52,389 bases of DNA from Octopus bimaculoides (GCF_001194135.2 NC_068983.1:155715496-155767884), one strand, 5' to 3'; numbered from the stretch's first letter, positions 36,294 to 50,120 are shown. Made by a program: numbers and translations. The notes: generated from the letters alone by a model not told the origin.

Positions 36294-36540
36294 TACATAG
36301 TTATTGTTATTGTAGTTCGTTGTAGTTACTCTTTAACTCCTGTTCAGCTCAAGTCAAACAAACTCATAACAAAAACTATCCTAGCTATCTCTGTCTCAAA
36401 TTTCCAGACAGATACTCTTAGGCTACGTTTTGAAATATGGTTTTCTTTCTAAAATAAAACAAAAGACGGTGGGGTGTATTTTCTTTGATGTCGATTGACC
36501 ACATAGGGCAGTGGTTCTTGATCTTATTTTCTTTCTTTTT

Positions 36541-36831
36541 GTAGGTGTGGCTGTGTGGTAAGTAGCTTGCTTCCCAGCCACATGGTTTTGAGTTCAGTTC
36601 CACTGCGTGGCACCTTGGGCAAGTTGTCTTCTACTTTAGCTTCGGGCCGACCAAAGCCTTATGAGTGGATTTGGTAGACGGAAACTGAAAGAAGCCCGCC
36701 GCATATATANNNNNNNNNNNNNNNNNNNNNNNNNNNNNNNNNNNNNNNNNNNNNNNNNNNNNNNNNNNNNNNNNNNNNNNNNNNNNNNNNNNNNNNNNNN
36801 NNNNNNNNNNNNNNNNNNNNNNNNNNNNNNN

Positions 36832-36888
<57 letters not shown>

Positions 36889-37100
36889 TTCTGTGTCTGT
36901 GTTTGTCCCTCTGTGTTGTCCGTCGCTTGACAATCGATATTGGTGTGTTTACGTCTCCATAACTCGCGGTTCGGCAAAATATTCCGATAAAATAAGTAGT
37001 TGGCTTATAAAGAATAAGTCCTGGAGTCGATTTGTTCGACTAAAGGCGGTGCTTCAGCATGGCCGCAATCAAGTGACTGTATCAAATAAAGGAATGAAAA
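36541..37100 (+). mobile_element. SINE family 1, full length with gap in the internal microsatellite
   Basis: Head GGTGTGGCTGTGTGGTAAG...GAGTTCAGTTCC, then (TA)n/(TG)n, then a tail ending GACTGTATCAAATAAAGGAAT. Confidence 0.9.
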
Positions 37101-39162
37101 AATGCCCCCATTTAAGTAGTTGTTATGTCTAGCACCCACTTAAGTGGGCAGTGAGATATCACGACCAAACTAACTTAACATGCATAATCGTTTATAAATT
37201 TTACTCTAAAAATGTATTGTATAAGCTTTTAACTGTAAAAGGATAAACATCAAATTTGTGAGTGATGAGGCCTCATTGTATTTTAGTAACCATTAAAAGT
37301 TTTATCATGTATAATATGATTACTACTCTGGGTAAAATTTAGTATGTTATGTTACCTTACCACCCTCTTCGACATGCTTATCGCTCCTTTGTAGGCAGTG
37401 CCGGTCACGTTGAGAAACTTTGGTTTAGTGGCTCTCTTATTGAACAGTTATTTAAAAACTTAATGTATATTCGGTGTAAACTAAGACACGTTTCCCTCAT
37501 CAGAGAAGTAAATAGTGGTAAGGATTTCTATAAATAAATCTTTTTACAGTTGGAAAATAGTGTCGATGGTTTGTAAAAAATATATAAAATATAAATGAAA
37601 TTTCAGAAAATGTAAGAAATAATTTATAGTTAAATAAAAAAGACAATTCAAATAAGACAAAGAAAATATTTTTTAAAAATTGAAGCAAAGAAAAAGTAGA
37701 AAAAAGGTAACGATGGGAAGGAGAGATACGTTTGTTGATAATGGATTTACTTCAGAGATTATGGAGAATAAAAATTCTTATCTAGTAATCCGAGCACTAA
37801 GCGCTTGTGGTCTTTCAGTTCGAAAATATGTAATATATATTTACAAATTGAGCGCACATATATATAACAACAAACACATATACACATACATACATACATA
37901 CGTAAATAATATTAACACACACACACAGACACGCGCGCGCACACACATATGTATATTAACACACAATTAAGCACAAGAAGCCACATGTTTGTTTAAACAA
38001 TATACATATTTATATACAAGCATGCAGTTATATATGTATATGTATGTCTGTAGGTATATGTATGTCTGCATGTATATGCTATGTTCATGCTTGCATTGCA
38101 TACATACAGACACACAAAAATACATACATACATACGTCTGTGTGTGTATGTGTGTGTGTTTATCAATTTTATCAGTATACTTGAATTACTAACAACCGTT
38201 CATTCAATCAGTATTTTTTCTTGGATTCTCCATCCATGTCGCACACGACATCTATCTGTATATTTAAGTATCCATCTATGTATCTTCATTTTCTCTTTAT
38301 ATATAAACGCACATACTGAGCACTAGGCGCTGCATAAGAATACTGCATAGTGTTCATACATGAGAGTGTGCTTCGTGTGTTAGATTGAAAGAGTGGGCGT
38401 ATGTATAAGATACGCATGTGTATGCGCATGTGTATGTACAAGGTATGCTTAAGAAATTTGTAGTCGGTTTCCGATACCCTCAAATCTAAAATCCCTAAAA
38501 CAGTTTTTATATCGATAAACAAAAAAAACCATTGCGTTGGCGCCAGCACCTTCCCCTAGGTATGTATTTACTTGCGCAAACACACGAACACGCATGCGTA
38601 AGCACATTTACACACTCACCAACAACATTTATCCTTATCATCTCTGTGTGAATATATATATATATATATTTGCATGGAAAGCAATGGCTGCTTATATGTA
38701 TATTTGTGTATGTGTGCGCTGACGTAATATTTGCTCCTGGCCTACAATTATGTCGTCTGCAATATTAATCCGTCAAATACGTCGTGTATGTATTAAGCAT
38801 TCTTTCGCATCCAGTGAACTTTGAAGTGCCATTCGTTTGTTTACTGTGATCAATCGGTCCCCCCTCCCCACTTCCAGCAAAGATATGTAAATGCAAAAAA
38901 ATATCTATGAAACGGGGCAAAACGGAAACGCCAGGAAAACCTAATAAATAAGCAAACAATTATAATTTCTATTTCTTAGGTGAAAATCTCGCTTACAAAA
39001 ACAACGAAAGGAATTAGTCTGATCTTGAATAGCGATATTGCGAAGGACATTAAAGTGGCTTCCTTTTATACTTTTATTTCCCTTTTGTTGTTTTTGCTGT
39101 TAGAAATGCCCAAGCATCGCATAACCGATTTCATTGAAGACTAAAAAGATATCATATATACA

Positions 39163-39196
<34 letters not shown>

Positions 39197-39648
39197 CAAG
39201 ATCGGAANNNNNNNNNNNNNNNNNNNNNNNNNNNNNNNNNNNNNNNNNNNNNNNNNNNNNNNNNNNNNNNNNNNNNNNNNNNNNNNNNNNNNNNNNNNNN
39301 NNNNNNNNNNNNNNNNNNNNNNNNNNNNNNNNNNNNNNNNNNNNNNNNNNNNNNNNNNNNNNNNNNNNNNNNNNNNNNNNNNNNNNNNNNNNNNNNNNNN
39401 NNNNNNNNNNNNNNNNNNNNNNNNNNNNNNNNNNNNNNNNNNNNNNNNNNNNNNNNNNNNNNNNNNNNNNNNNNNNNNNNNNNNNNNNNNNNNNNNNNNN
39501 NNNNNNNNNNNNNNNNNNNNNNNNNNNNNNNNNNNNNNNNNNNNNNNNNNNNNNNNNNNNNNNNNNNNNNNNNNNNNNNNNNNNNNNNNNNNNNNNNNNN
39601 NNNNNNNNNNNNNNNNNNNNNNNNNNNNNNNNNNNNNNNNNNNNNNNN

Positions 39649-39700
<52 letters not shown>

Positions 39701-39784
39701 TCACGTGCGCACAAACACACACACAAATATATACACTTCTATATCCTCGAATGCCTTTCCTCAGTGGACTCCAACACAACTTCT

Positions 39785-40330
39785 CATAAAGCGAAATCTC
39801 CTACAGATCTAGTCTTCTATGTTTCTATGTCACTCGTGAACTTTGCATTCGAGAAATTAAATAACACTGTTGTTAGATTTGATGTAGGTAAAGTATTGAA
39901 CCGTATTAAGTATACAAATCTCCGAACAAGCTTGCACTTTTATGGGCTTTATCCATCACTGGCTGCTTCGATCATTGGCTTCCAATAAGATCGAGTCACC
40001 AGGAAGTGTGCTTTTGCAGCTCTCTCTCTCTCTCTCTCTCTCGTTTCTTCTTCTCTTTCTCTCTCATTCACTCTCTTTCTCGCTCTCTCTGTCCTCCTCT
40101 CTCTAATACTCACAATAGCAACTCTAGTGTGTCCAAAGTTTCGGTTTTGTCTCCCGCACTCTTCTTCCTACACATGCCTTCAATTCTATCAAGATCGACT
40201 TCTATGCAGATGAGACCATATATCATTCTTACTCAACCGTCCAAAGCCATATCTCATCTTGATGCAATGCAGACACTTCACGCCAAACCTGCACCGAGAG
40301 ATCTCCTAAACAACGTATCTTATAATTTGA
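39785..40330 (+). mobile_element. Degenerate CR1/Jockey-group LINE reverse-transcriptase fragment
   Basis: KAKSPTDL...VVRFDVGKVLNRI (LD.SKAFDRV-like), VSKVSVLSPALF (GVPQGSVLSP.LF-like) and FYADET (YADD-like) occur in the expected order, interrupted by (CT)n. Confidence 0.7.
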
Positions 40331-41277
40331 TAAACGGATAAAATGTCACTGGTAATCATAGGAAGTAATATAAGTTACATCAGTAAAAATGTCAGATAAA
40401 TAAATAAAAAAAAAATTACAATAAATTCTCAAGAGTAAAAGCGTGTTGGCATTCTAAACATATTTAAAATTGTTTCTCAATCATCGTGAAGCATTTAACT
40501 ACATTATGCTCACTCGCTGTTTTTAATTCGTCCTCAACCTCAACTTCTTTTCTAGAAACTTCTAACATTAAGTTATTCGAGCAGCTAGAGACATCAGGTT
40601 GGGCTCTAAATACGCCAACCTGTTTCTCACAATGAGAGTTATATATAAGAAACGCATAAAATGGAAACCCTTGAAAAGAATCCTGCGTTAATGCTCCTCA
40701 ACTTTTATCCCAACGTCTGTAACAGCACTTATATCCTTTACTCCTGTTTTCCATAGATTGTATCTTCGGTCGTGTTTCCACTCCGCGCCATCCTTTTATC
40801 TTTTCCGCCTTCATCTTTATATCTTGGCAAAGAAGAACTGTACACAGCTTCTATTTCTTTCTTTCGTTTATTTTCTCCCACAACAGAACTGTAAAGACTT
40901 TAGTATTTAAGGTATATTCTTCTATTTTTACGCTTGTCTTACCTGTAAATTCATTAGTATACTGATGCAATTTTAACCAAGCTTAGCACTAGATTTATTA
41001 TATTATTAAGGTATAAATATTTGATGGATATGAGAGATCATTAACTTCATATTAGTGATGTCTGTGAGAGCTTTCGTTATATTCTTAGTGATTTTGGAAG
41101 GTGTAGATTTGTCAATTTGATTTCATATGTGTATTAACATTTCAAGCATAATTTAACAATATTAGACCCTTAGGTTTCCATTCCTGGAAACTAAAATATT
41201 CTTCATCTCAATAGTGCACATCAGATTGGCAATGTCTAAATTATGTCTAAAGCGAATGGTTACTGAAGAGTGAAGAG

Positions 41278-41353
<76 letters not shown>

Positions 41354-41763
41354 GTCTGTCTGTCTGTCTGTCTTTGGTCTTTATAAACACATACATAGGT
41401 AAGCATGTATGTATATAAACGCATACATGTGTAAGCATGTATGTATATATGTATGTAAATAAAGTATGTGCATGTATACATACATACACGTGTGTGTGCG
41501 TGCGCACGTGTATGTGTATATGCACGAGTAGGTGAGCGGAAAGTGAGACTGAAATATAGCCCAGCTTCAAAAACTGACCATTTATGGTGTTTACGGCAAT
41601 AAACCAAATAATAAACATTCTAGACAGTTAACGATAATGACAGAGTCAGTTACAAGAAAAGAACCGAATATATTTTGTCAGAGGAACTGATTATTCGAAT
41701 AAATGATCTGATCGTAACGAAAGGAACATAATTACGTTTAAAAATGCATACAGAGTTGTTGGG

Positions 41764-42182
41764 GCTACTTTGGTATGCGATCTACGTAGCCAACGTGACC
41801 TAAAAGAGTCAAATTCTACTTTAGTATGCGATCTACATGTTTCATTTATTCATTATGGCTTAAGTAAAACATTCTTACAGTTTTATACATTTATTCTAAA
41901 AAATTAAAATGAAGCAGATTTGAAACAAGTTTACTAATTCTATGGGCAAATCAAACGAACATCAGCTAGAAAATTAAAATATATATAATTAAAATTTTTA
42001 TACATTTTATACATTTACTATCAAAAAGAAATTAGAATGAAGCAAATTAGGAACAAGCTTACTAATTTTATCGTTAATACATTTATTATTAAAATTTATG
42101 TTTCCCTCCTTCTTGATAAGTATAAAGTGTACATCGCATACCAAAGCAATTTCGTAACACGTAGATTGCATACCAAAGTAGC
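41764..42182. repeat. MITE-like segment with nested inverted 22-24-bp motifs
   Basis: GCTACTTTGGTATGCGATCTACGT (41764-41787) versus ACGTAGATTGCATACCAAAGTAGC (42159-42182), 1 mismatch. A weaker inner pair lies at 41816-41837 and 42128-42149. Confidence 0.65.
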
Positions 42183-43002
42183 ACCGAGTTGTTTTATGTG
42201 TCTTACGAGCAGGATTTCGTGTTTTTACGTAAAAGTTTAGGTATTCTATGAAAATTTATTTTTCTGCTCGATTGTGAATGCGATTCGGTTCCTCTTCGCG
42301 GAGATGATATCAGCCACAAACCCGATTAATTATAAAATATACGTATTGGGAACATTATTGTAGGGTGAAGGAACGCTACTATGGTTTGCAAGGATGTTAA
42401 ATGCTTTAAAATGTCAGAAAGTTTTACAACTTAAAGGTTCCACTATGCCACCTTCCGCCATTTTCCTTAGATAAAGAGAGTTTAACCTCTCCCAACTTAC
42501 TGTACTGGATTTATTAAACAATTTTAACAATTTTAACACTGTTTAGATGTATCCACTGGAATAAAACAAACAATCCGATTCACGTATGTCAAATATAAGC
42601 AGAAGTTACAATTACTGCCCTATTATCAATAACGTGTCTTTGAGATAACTTTTTACACGGGCCTATAAGCATAATTTACTTATAATCATTGTACACAAGA
42701 TACGAAATGGCAAACAAGTGTTTATGTTTAAGTTCGGGATACAAAGCAGTACGGTTACTGCTAGTTAAATATTCACGGAATGTTGAAGTCTTCTTTGGAT
42801 AATCCAAAATTCTGATAGTTATTTTGGGATAAGCGAGATTACAAGAAGTTTTCTACACAGAAGCTGTATGAACTAAAAAGACAGCTCAGCGTTGTAGTCA
42901 AAGTAAAGATATAACAAAATATACACCGGAAGAGAAAGCTGTATCAGGAAAAAGAATTAGTTAGTATTGGAATACATATGCACACATACACACAGAAACA
43001 CG

Positions 43003-43056
<54 letters not shown>

Positions 43057-44116
43057 TATATATATGTACGCAAGCACGTGTAAACAGAGACTGAAGTTGA
43101 AATATCTTAAGAAATAAAGGAAATCTCGAACTCACGATGGTAGCTGTGAACGCAGCATTAGAAAATCGGGTAAAAAACCTTTTAGAGNNNNNNNNNNNNN
43201 NNNNNNNNNNNNNNNNNNNNNNNNNNNNNNNNNNNNNNNNNNNNNNNNNNNNNNNNNNNNNNNNNNNNNNNNNNNNNNNNNNNNNNNNNNNNNNNNNNNN
43301 NNNNNNNNNNNNNNNNNNNNNNNNNNNNNNNNNNNNNNNNNNNNNNNNNNNNNNNNNNNNNNNNNNNNNNNNNNNNNNNNNNNNNNNNNNNNNNNNNNNN
43401 NNNNNNNNNNNNNNNNNNNNNNNNNNNNNNNNNNNNNNNNNNNNNNNNNNNNNNNNNNNNNNNNNNNNNNNNNNNNNNNNNNNNNNNNNNNNNNNNNNNN
43501 NNNNNNNNNNNNNNNNNNNNNNNNNNNNNNNNNNNNNNNNNNNNNNNNNNNNNNNNNNNNNNNNNNNNNNNNNNNNNNNNNNNNNNNNNNNNNNNNNNNN
43601 NNNNNNNNNNNNNNNNNNNNNNNNNNNNNNNNNNNNNNNNNNNNNNNNNNNNNNNNNNNNNNNNNNNNNNNNNNNNNNNNNNNNNNNNNNNNNNNNNNNN
43701 NNNNNNNNNNNNNNNNNNNNNNNNNNNNNNNNNNNNNNNNNNNNNNNNNNNNNNNNNNNNNNNNNNNNNNNNNNNNNNNNNNNNNNNNNNNNNNNNNNNN
43801 NNNNNNNNNNNNNNNNNNNNNNNNNNNNNNNNNNNNNNNNNNNNNNNNNNNNNNNNNNNNNNNNNNNNNNNNNNNNNNNNNNNNNNNNNNNNNNNNNNNN
43901 NNNNNNNNNNNNNNNNNNNNNNNNNNNNNNNNNNNNNNNNNNNNNNNNNNNNNNNNNNNNNNNNNNNNNNCCATGCTAGCATGGAAGGCGGACGTTAAAC
44001 GATGATATATATATATATATATATATATACATACATACATACATACATGCATATACTCATATATGCATACATACATACATACATACATGCATACATACAT
44101 ACATACATACATACAA

Positions 44117-44550
44117 GAGACCCATGTGACCAAAACGTAATGGCCCATCGCATGCTTGAATGTTATGTACAAGCTGTACAGAGGTTGTTTGAATATCTTT
44201 CTCCAAGACCACTGCTAAACAAATGGAGTGTTAGCTGATAAACAGGATGAGGACAAAAATGAGTCTGAGACTGCACTCAGCAGCTTCTCCTCAACAAAAC
44301 TGTCTTTAAGGAAGCCAAGCAACTTCACCGTAAGCTAGTCAACAAGGCGTTTGACTATGTGCCTTGCTCATGAATGATGGAACTAGTCATAACATTCTCA
44401 CGTGATACATGAATGAAGTTGGGCAAGATAAATGCTCATACATGATAGTAAAACTTGGATGGATTGTCGACCAGTAGCTTGTCTATCTCCCCTGTCTCTA
44501 ATTACGAAAACTACAAGTATCTCGGAATCGATGAGAATGAGCCGATAGAA
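44117..44550 (+). mobile_element. R4/Dong-type LINE RT fragment
   Basis: Broken frames give C.NVMYKLYTGCLN, CTQQLLLNKTV, NKAFDYVP and YENYKYLGIDEN, which are RT motifs of RLE-clade elements. Confidence 0.8.
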
Positions 44551-44653
44551 AATATCGGCTCTATTATACTAGTGTGGAAGATATCACCCACATCATCAGC
44601 AGCTGCTATATATATATATATATCGGTCAGTCATTGTTATGATCGGCCATTAT

Positions 44654-44845
44654 TATGATTGACCGTTGACTGAACACTATTCAATTTTTTTTCTCCGTGT
44701 TTTTCTCCTTGTCTCCGTATTCTTTCTGTTGAAGAGCGTAGCTCGAAACGTCAAAGACTTTCCGTATTCCCGAGCGTCATACTAATATATACTTTTGTTA
44801 TTTACACCACCTGTCCTCGTCTGTTGTTATTTTTTGTATATTCTC

Positions 44846-44849
<4 letters not shown>
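44654..44849 (+). mobile_element. ~196-bp hammerhead-bearing element (family B), copy 2
   Basis: Differs from 47346-47541 by one base by my reading; the 3' end runs into (TA)n. Confidence 0.9.
44721..44757 (+). ncRNA. Minimal type I hammerhead motif, A6U variant
   Basis: TCTTT-CTGTTGA-A-GAGC-GTA-GCTC-GAAAC-GTC-AAAGA; predicted cleavage after C44752. Confidence 0.7.
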
Positions 44850-44898
<49 letters not shown>

Positions 44899-44914
44899 CA
44901 TACGTACATACATA

Positions 44915-44947
<33 letters not shown>

Positions 44948-46045
44948 TATATGTATATATATCAAAACACACGTGCACGTATGTGTGAGTGTGAGTGTGT
45001 GGTAAGAAGCTCACCTCCCAATCACATGGTTTAATCAAAGCCTTGTAGACGGAACCTGAAAGAAGCTGGTTATATGTGTGTATATATTCTTTTAATCTTT
45101 TACTCGTTTCAGCCATGCGGCTGCGAACATGTTTGTCTGTCTCTTTGTGTATCTGTATGTGTCCTCTACCTCGTAGCTTGGTAGCTGATGCTGATGTATT
45201 TACGTCCCAGATTCCGTACAAAGAATTTTAAAAAATAAACCCAAAAGGACTAAGTACTAGTGTCAATTTTCCGACATGGTTACGGTCTAGTTACTGAAAC
45301 AAGTAAAAGATAAAAGCTATATATGTGTGTATTTTGATCTGTGTGTGTGTGTGTATGTGTGTGTGTGTATGCTTGCTAGTGTGCGCGCATAAATATGTAT
45401 GAATACGTGTATATGAATAAAATATATATATTTCTGTTTATGTCTATACTGATGTAAACGTATGAAACGGGTGATGGTGATAATTTTAAAAGTATGGCAG
45501 CATTCTAAAGGGACGGTAATGTAGATAAACTTGAATATTTGATGTTTAGAGGCCCATAAAATAAGTAACAGTGATAAGTCCTGAGATCGATATAAATGAA
45601 AAAATTCCGTATTGCTTGACCCGAGGACGACTGTAGAAAAGGAGAAAAAGGGAAAGTGAAACAGAAATAGTGATGTTATTATAGTATTATAGCCAATGTT
45701 TCTATAGTTATCATGACCTCTGTCAACAACTCGTATATCACCTGACCTCTCTCAACAACTTATATATGAAGCAGGTATTGTGAAAGATACGTCTCAGACA
45801 CTCTTATAACCTCAGGATAAATGTCCGTAGTTGAAGAAAAGAAAACGACATAGAAACAACAACAAAGTAATCTATAGCTGAAATAACTAAAAATTACTTC
45901 CTGCATCTACTATCCTCCCCAGACATACTACAAAGGAAGCTGCTTCATATAATTGCATATTTATATATTGTAGAATATAGTCAATATCTAAGACTAATTA
46001 CAACGATCCGGTATGACGTGGAAAAGTAAACATACGGTGAAAGTC

Positions 46046-46227
<182 letters not shown>

Positions 46228-46548
46228 GCAGAAATAGAAGAAGAAGAATATCAACAAAGGAAGATGAAAATAATAGCAAAAAAGCTGTTAAAGAAGTCGA
46301 CAATACATCGAACAAACGATGTTTATCATTCATCTTAAAGCGTTCAATAATTACACACTAATACACTCTTGTACACGCGTGCGCTCACATACACACGCTC
46401 GTACACGCTCCTATCTATGTGTGTTTATATAAAACACACGATCACTTACGGACATAGAAACACACACACACACACGCATATATCATATATATATGCTCTC
46501 ACAAAGAGCGAGGAAAAGAGAGAAGAACGAAAGAGAGAGCTAGAGAGA

Positions 46549-46600
<52 letters not shown>

Positions 46601-47149
46601 TTCCTATTTATTGTCTGCCGAAAAAGAGAAAAGAAGACAGAAACGAAGAGAAAAAGTAAGTCTGAGTAAACAGATATAGCTTAGGAGTGTTTGATTATGC
46701 GGACTCTAGGAGAGGTCGTTTAGAATCGATGAAGGTCAATAGGTGCAACACCATTTGACATAATCAAAAATTCCCGGGTGTCTCGGTGGGGGTAACTGGT
46801 TAGACATGTACGTGTGCTAGAATGGAATTACAATGGTTGCAAAGATAAGAAACCTCTCATCATATAATTCTTTTTTCTTATTTGTTTCCGGAAATGTATT
46901 AAACGATACGTTTTTGTTTTTTCATTTTTTTTCTTTGTTTAAATTACATTTTTCGAGTGTATAAAGTAGTCTTGATCTTTAATGGCGTCCGGTGAAATGT
47001 TTCTACTTCATTGGTTCTAGGATAGACGTATATACATACGTACATAGATAAATATGTGCATACGTAGGTATGCGTTGGTGTTTGTATACACACAAAGGTA
47101 TGTAATCAAATGTTATATACATATATACACATCATACATTTATATATGT

Positions 47150-47180
<31 letters not shown>

Positions 47181-47345
47181 TATATATAGATCGATAGGTA
47201 GGTATATGTGCATATATATGTATACATATATATATTTATTTATTTATTCATTTATTTATATTTGTAATTTGTATATATATGTATATACATTTATATATAC
47301 ATTTATATGTTTTTATTTTTGTGTATGTGTGTGTATATATATGTA

Positions 47346-47541
47346 TATGATTGACCGTTGACTGAACACTATTCAATTTTTTTTCTCCGTGTTTTTCTCC
47401 TTGTCTCCGTATTCTTTCTGTTGAAGAGCGTAGCTCGAAACGTCAAAGACTTTCCGTATTCCCGAGCGTCATACTAATATATACTTTTGTTATTTACACC
47501 ACCTGTCCTCGTCTGTTGTTATTATTTGTATATTCTCCCAT
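47346..47541 (+). mobile_element. ~196-bp hammerhead-bearing element (family B), copy 3
   Basis: Same boundaries as 44654-44849; preceded by TA-rich low-complexity DNA. Confidence 0.9.
47413..47449 (+). ncRNA. Minimal type I hammerhead motif, A6U variant
   Basis: Identical to 44721-44757; predicted cleavage after C47444. Confidence 0.7.
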
Positions 47542-47542
47542 T

Positions 47543-47689
47543 CTGCCGTGAATTAGCTCTAGTCTGCAGATGCCAAACCAGCAGGGGGACACTGCTGACC
47601 TCCCCTGTTCGAAGGTTATAAAGGACACAGGTTTCGTGTGTCACATAGCTAGCTAGAGGCGATGGCTTCTTGGAGCTAATTCACGGCAG
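47543..47689. repeat. 147-bp GC-richer segment bounded by a perfect 17-bp inverted repeat
   Basis: CTGCCGTGAATTAGCTC (47543-47559) and GAGCTAATTCACGGCAG (47673-47689). Confidence 0.85.
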
Positions 47690-47792
47690 CTTTCGTCCTA
47701 ATTTTGGGACTGCCATGTTGGCTTGGCGATAACTATTAATTTCCAGTACCGCTGCCGTAGTCTCCTTTAGAGAGACTTAGAAATATTAATAA

Positions 47793-47851
<59 letters not shown>

Positions 47852-48169
47852 TATGTATGGCTGGATGAATGGATTGATACTGAAAATACAATGTTAAAGT
47901 TTGATCTTTTATATTACCGATTTTTAATATTTACTTACCACATCTTTGTGTTAGCTTTAGAACAAAATTGTTCCCATTAGACAGACATCTCAAGGCCTTC
48001 ACAAACATTTTTGGGAAATTATACTATTGTAATGGCGCCTAGTCTGAGAGTTCTGTGCTAAGTTGTAAAGGATCTTGAGATTAATCTAATAATTGATAAA
48101 ATCACAACAATGGATTTAAAATTATATAATAGTACATTTTGTTAGATATCATATGATTATAGATTCTGG

Positions 48170-49000
48170 AGCGTGATATGTTCGCGTGTTTAGTGGAGGT
48201 TTGTGTTTTTCTTTTAGTATAGATTCCTTAGTTTTTCTCATTCCTTGTGTACTAAACAGCAGTACTTTCAACTAGTGTCTATTGTATCAAGTTTCATTTT
48301 GTGTACTGCATTATGAGTTGCAGCGGCTCCATGTTGTAAATACACAGCCAATCGTCGACAATGTATCGTGCATGTGCATTCGATGTAGAAGTTTGAGTTA
48401 TGACGTTTACAAGTTATATGTTTACTAGAAAATTTTATATAATATCGGTTGTCTGAAGTTATTTCTGTGGTTTGTTAGCTTGTCGTTTCGTGTGAAGGAT
48501 ATTTTTATTGCATTGTCATTGTCAGTGTATCAGTTTATCGAACAGACTATACGATACTGTTATACATCGCCTGTCACAATGCCTTTCACCACATCGTTGT
48601 TCGTTGTAGCTTTCTAAAGATGCTAATCTGCAGACTAAGTAGGCAGGCGAGTAGGTCAACACATTTTCTCTGAATCGTATGCCTGGGTTAGGTCACCCAT
48701 TAACAGCTGAATGAACTGAAGTAATGTGAAATGAAGTGTTTTGTTTAAGAATACAATAAACCGCCCGTCTGGAAATCGAAACCACCATCTTACGACCTTG
48801 AGTGCAACACCCTAACCGCTAGGCCTCACACCTTCATGATTTTATTGTAATATTCCAAGTTCGTGGTTAAGTGTGCTACAGTTTGTGTTCTTTTGTATGA
48901 GGTTTTATATGTTATATTCTGCCATTCTATAACTTGAGTTCATCTGGTTATTATAGCAAAGGACACGTGAGATTTGAGTAATTCTGGTGAATGTTGAGCC
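48170..49000 (-). mobile_element. Highly degenerate Penelope-like relic interrupted by a SINE
   Basis: YNNQMNSSYRMAEYNI (resembling Y.NQM.S.YK.DE..L) near 48960 and YIECTCTIHCRRLAVYLQHGA..TH (resembling YIG.T...L.RRL..H.Q.GAI..H) near 48400. Many stops. Confidence 0.55.
48665..48835 (-). mobile_element. tRNA-derived SINE
   Basis: Minus strand GGCCTAGCGGTTAGGGTGTTGCACTC...GTGGTTTCGATTTCCAGACGG shows A- and B-boxes. Confidence 0.75.
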
Positions 49001-49519
49001 TGTTCAGCGTAGATGTATCAGCTATTGCATTGATGTATGGCATATAGTCCTAAAATATCAGGATACCAATAATTAACTAGTGTCTGTTTTATACTTAAGA
49101 TTGTATAATTTCAGGGGCTTTTATGGATGGAGGCACACGCGCTCGTTTAAGAAAAGAGTAACAGCTCATATTTTGCATCAATGAAGACATTCACTACTAC
49201 CAGAAACAATAAGAAAATGTTTACGTCATGTGTGTAAGCTGAGATGATATACATACCTGTAATTGCTACGTTTTTAGCTAATAAAGGTGTAGCTAATGAT
49301 ATAGTGTTATGATTTGAATTTAAGCCGGTGTTTGCTAAGTCATAAATATCAGGGCAGAGATTGTGTTTTCAAGATACGTTCTAAGTCTAGCAACCTGTCA
49401 GTCAGTATTGGTCACCATGAATAAATCATAAACATATTTACTTATCAATCTTTTGCATTCGGTTTCGAGCAAAAAATTTCCTTAATGCGTTAGACCGATG
49501 TTTAAAATCCTTCATAAAA

Positions 49520-49632
49520 AGAAAAATTGACATGAGTGGGATTTGAACTCAGAATGTGAAGATGGGCCGAAAGAAATACTGTATAGCACATCTTACGAAG
49601 CTCTAACGATTCTGTCGAATCGCCACCTAACA
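49520..49632 (-). mobile_element. SINE family 2 head
   Basis: Minus strand GGTGGCGATTCGACAGAATCGTTAGAGC...CATTCTGAGTTCAAATCCCAC. Confidence 0.7.
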
Positions 49633-50120
49633 GGGGATAAAAGAGGAAGGAAAAGGCAAAGAGAAACGACAATATTATTGGGCAAGGAAAAAGAAGAAGC
49701 AATGTTGGTAAAAGGTAAGGATTTAGAAAAGAAAATAAAGATCACCAAATAGAAGGAATAAGAAAAAAAGAATGATAAACAAATCTACTTGAAATCAGAT
49801 AAGTAATTGGAATGATTTTGTCTTAAATATCACTGAATTTTGCTGTTTTCCCCCTCTTATGTAACGAACTCCCTTCCTTCCTATGTTCCAGATCATGTGT
49901 TTATCTCTTTCCTCTTCTCAATTATCTTTACTCTCAAACTTCTTTCTTTTATTTATTTAGTTACTATTCTGTAACCTTATACAGTTTGCTTTTCTTAATT
50001 CTGCAGGTCCTGACTTCATTTTTCTGTTTTGTTAGTTACTTTTTGATATATATTAAATCGATACAGTCTTCTTGTTGCTTGTAGTTTCTTTTTTAATTTC
50101 TTCGAATCTCTGTCTCCCTC

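Noticed and set aside
37485-37505. Minus-strand CTGATGAGGGAAACGTG
   Set aside because: No stem II and position 17 is G; likely chance.
47543-47760. Possible HDV-like ribozyme
   Set aside because: I could not build P1/P1.1/P3; the apparent P2 is just the 17-bp inverted repeat.
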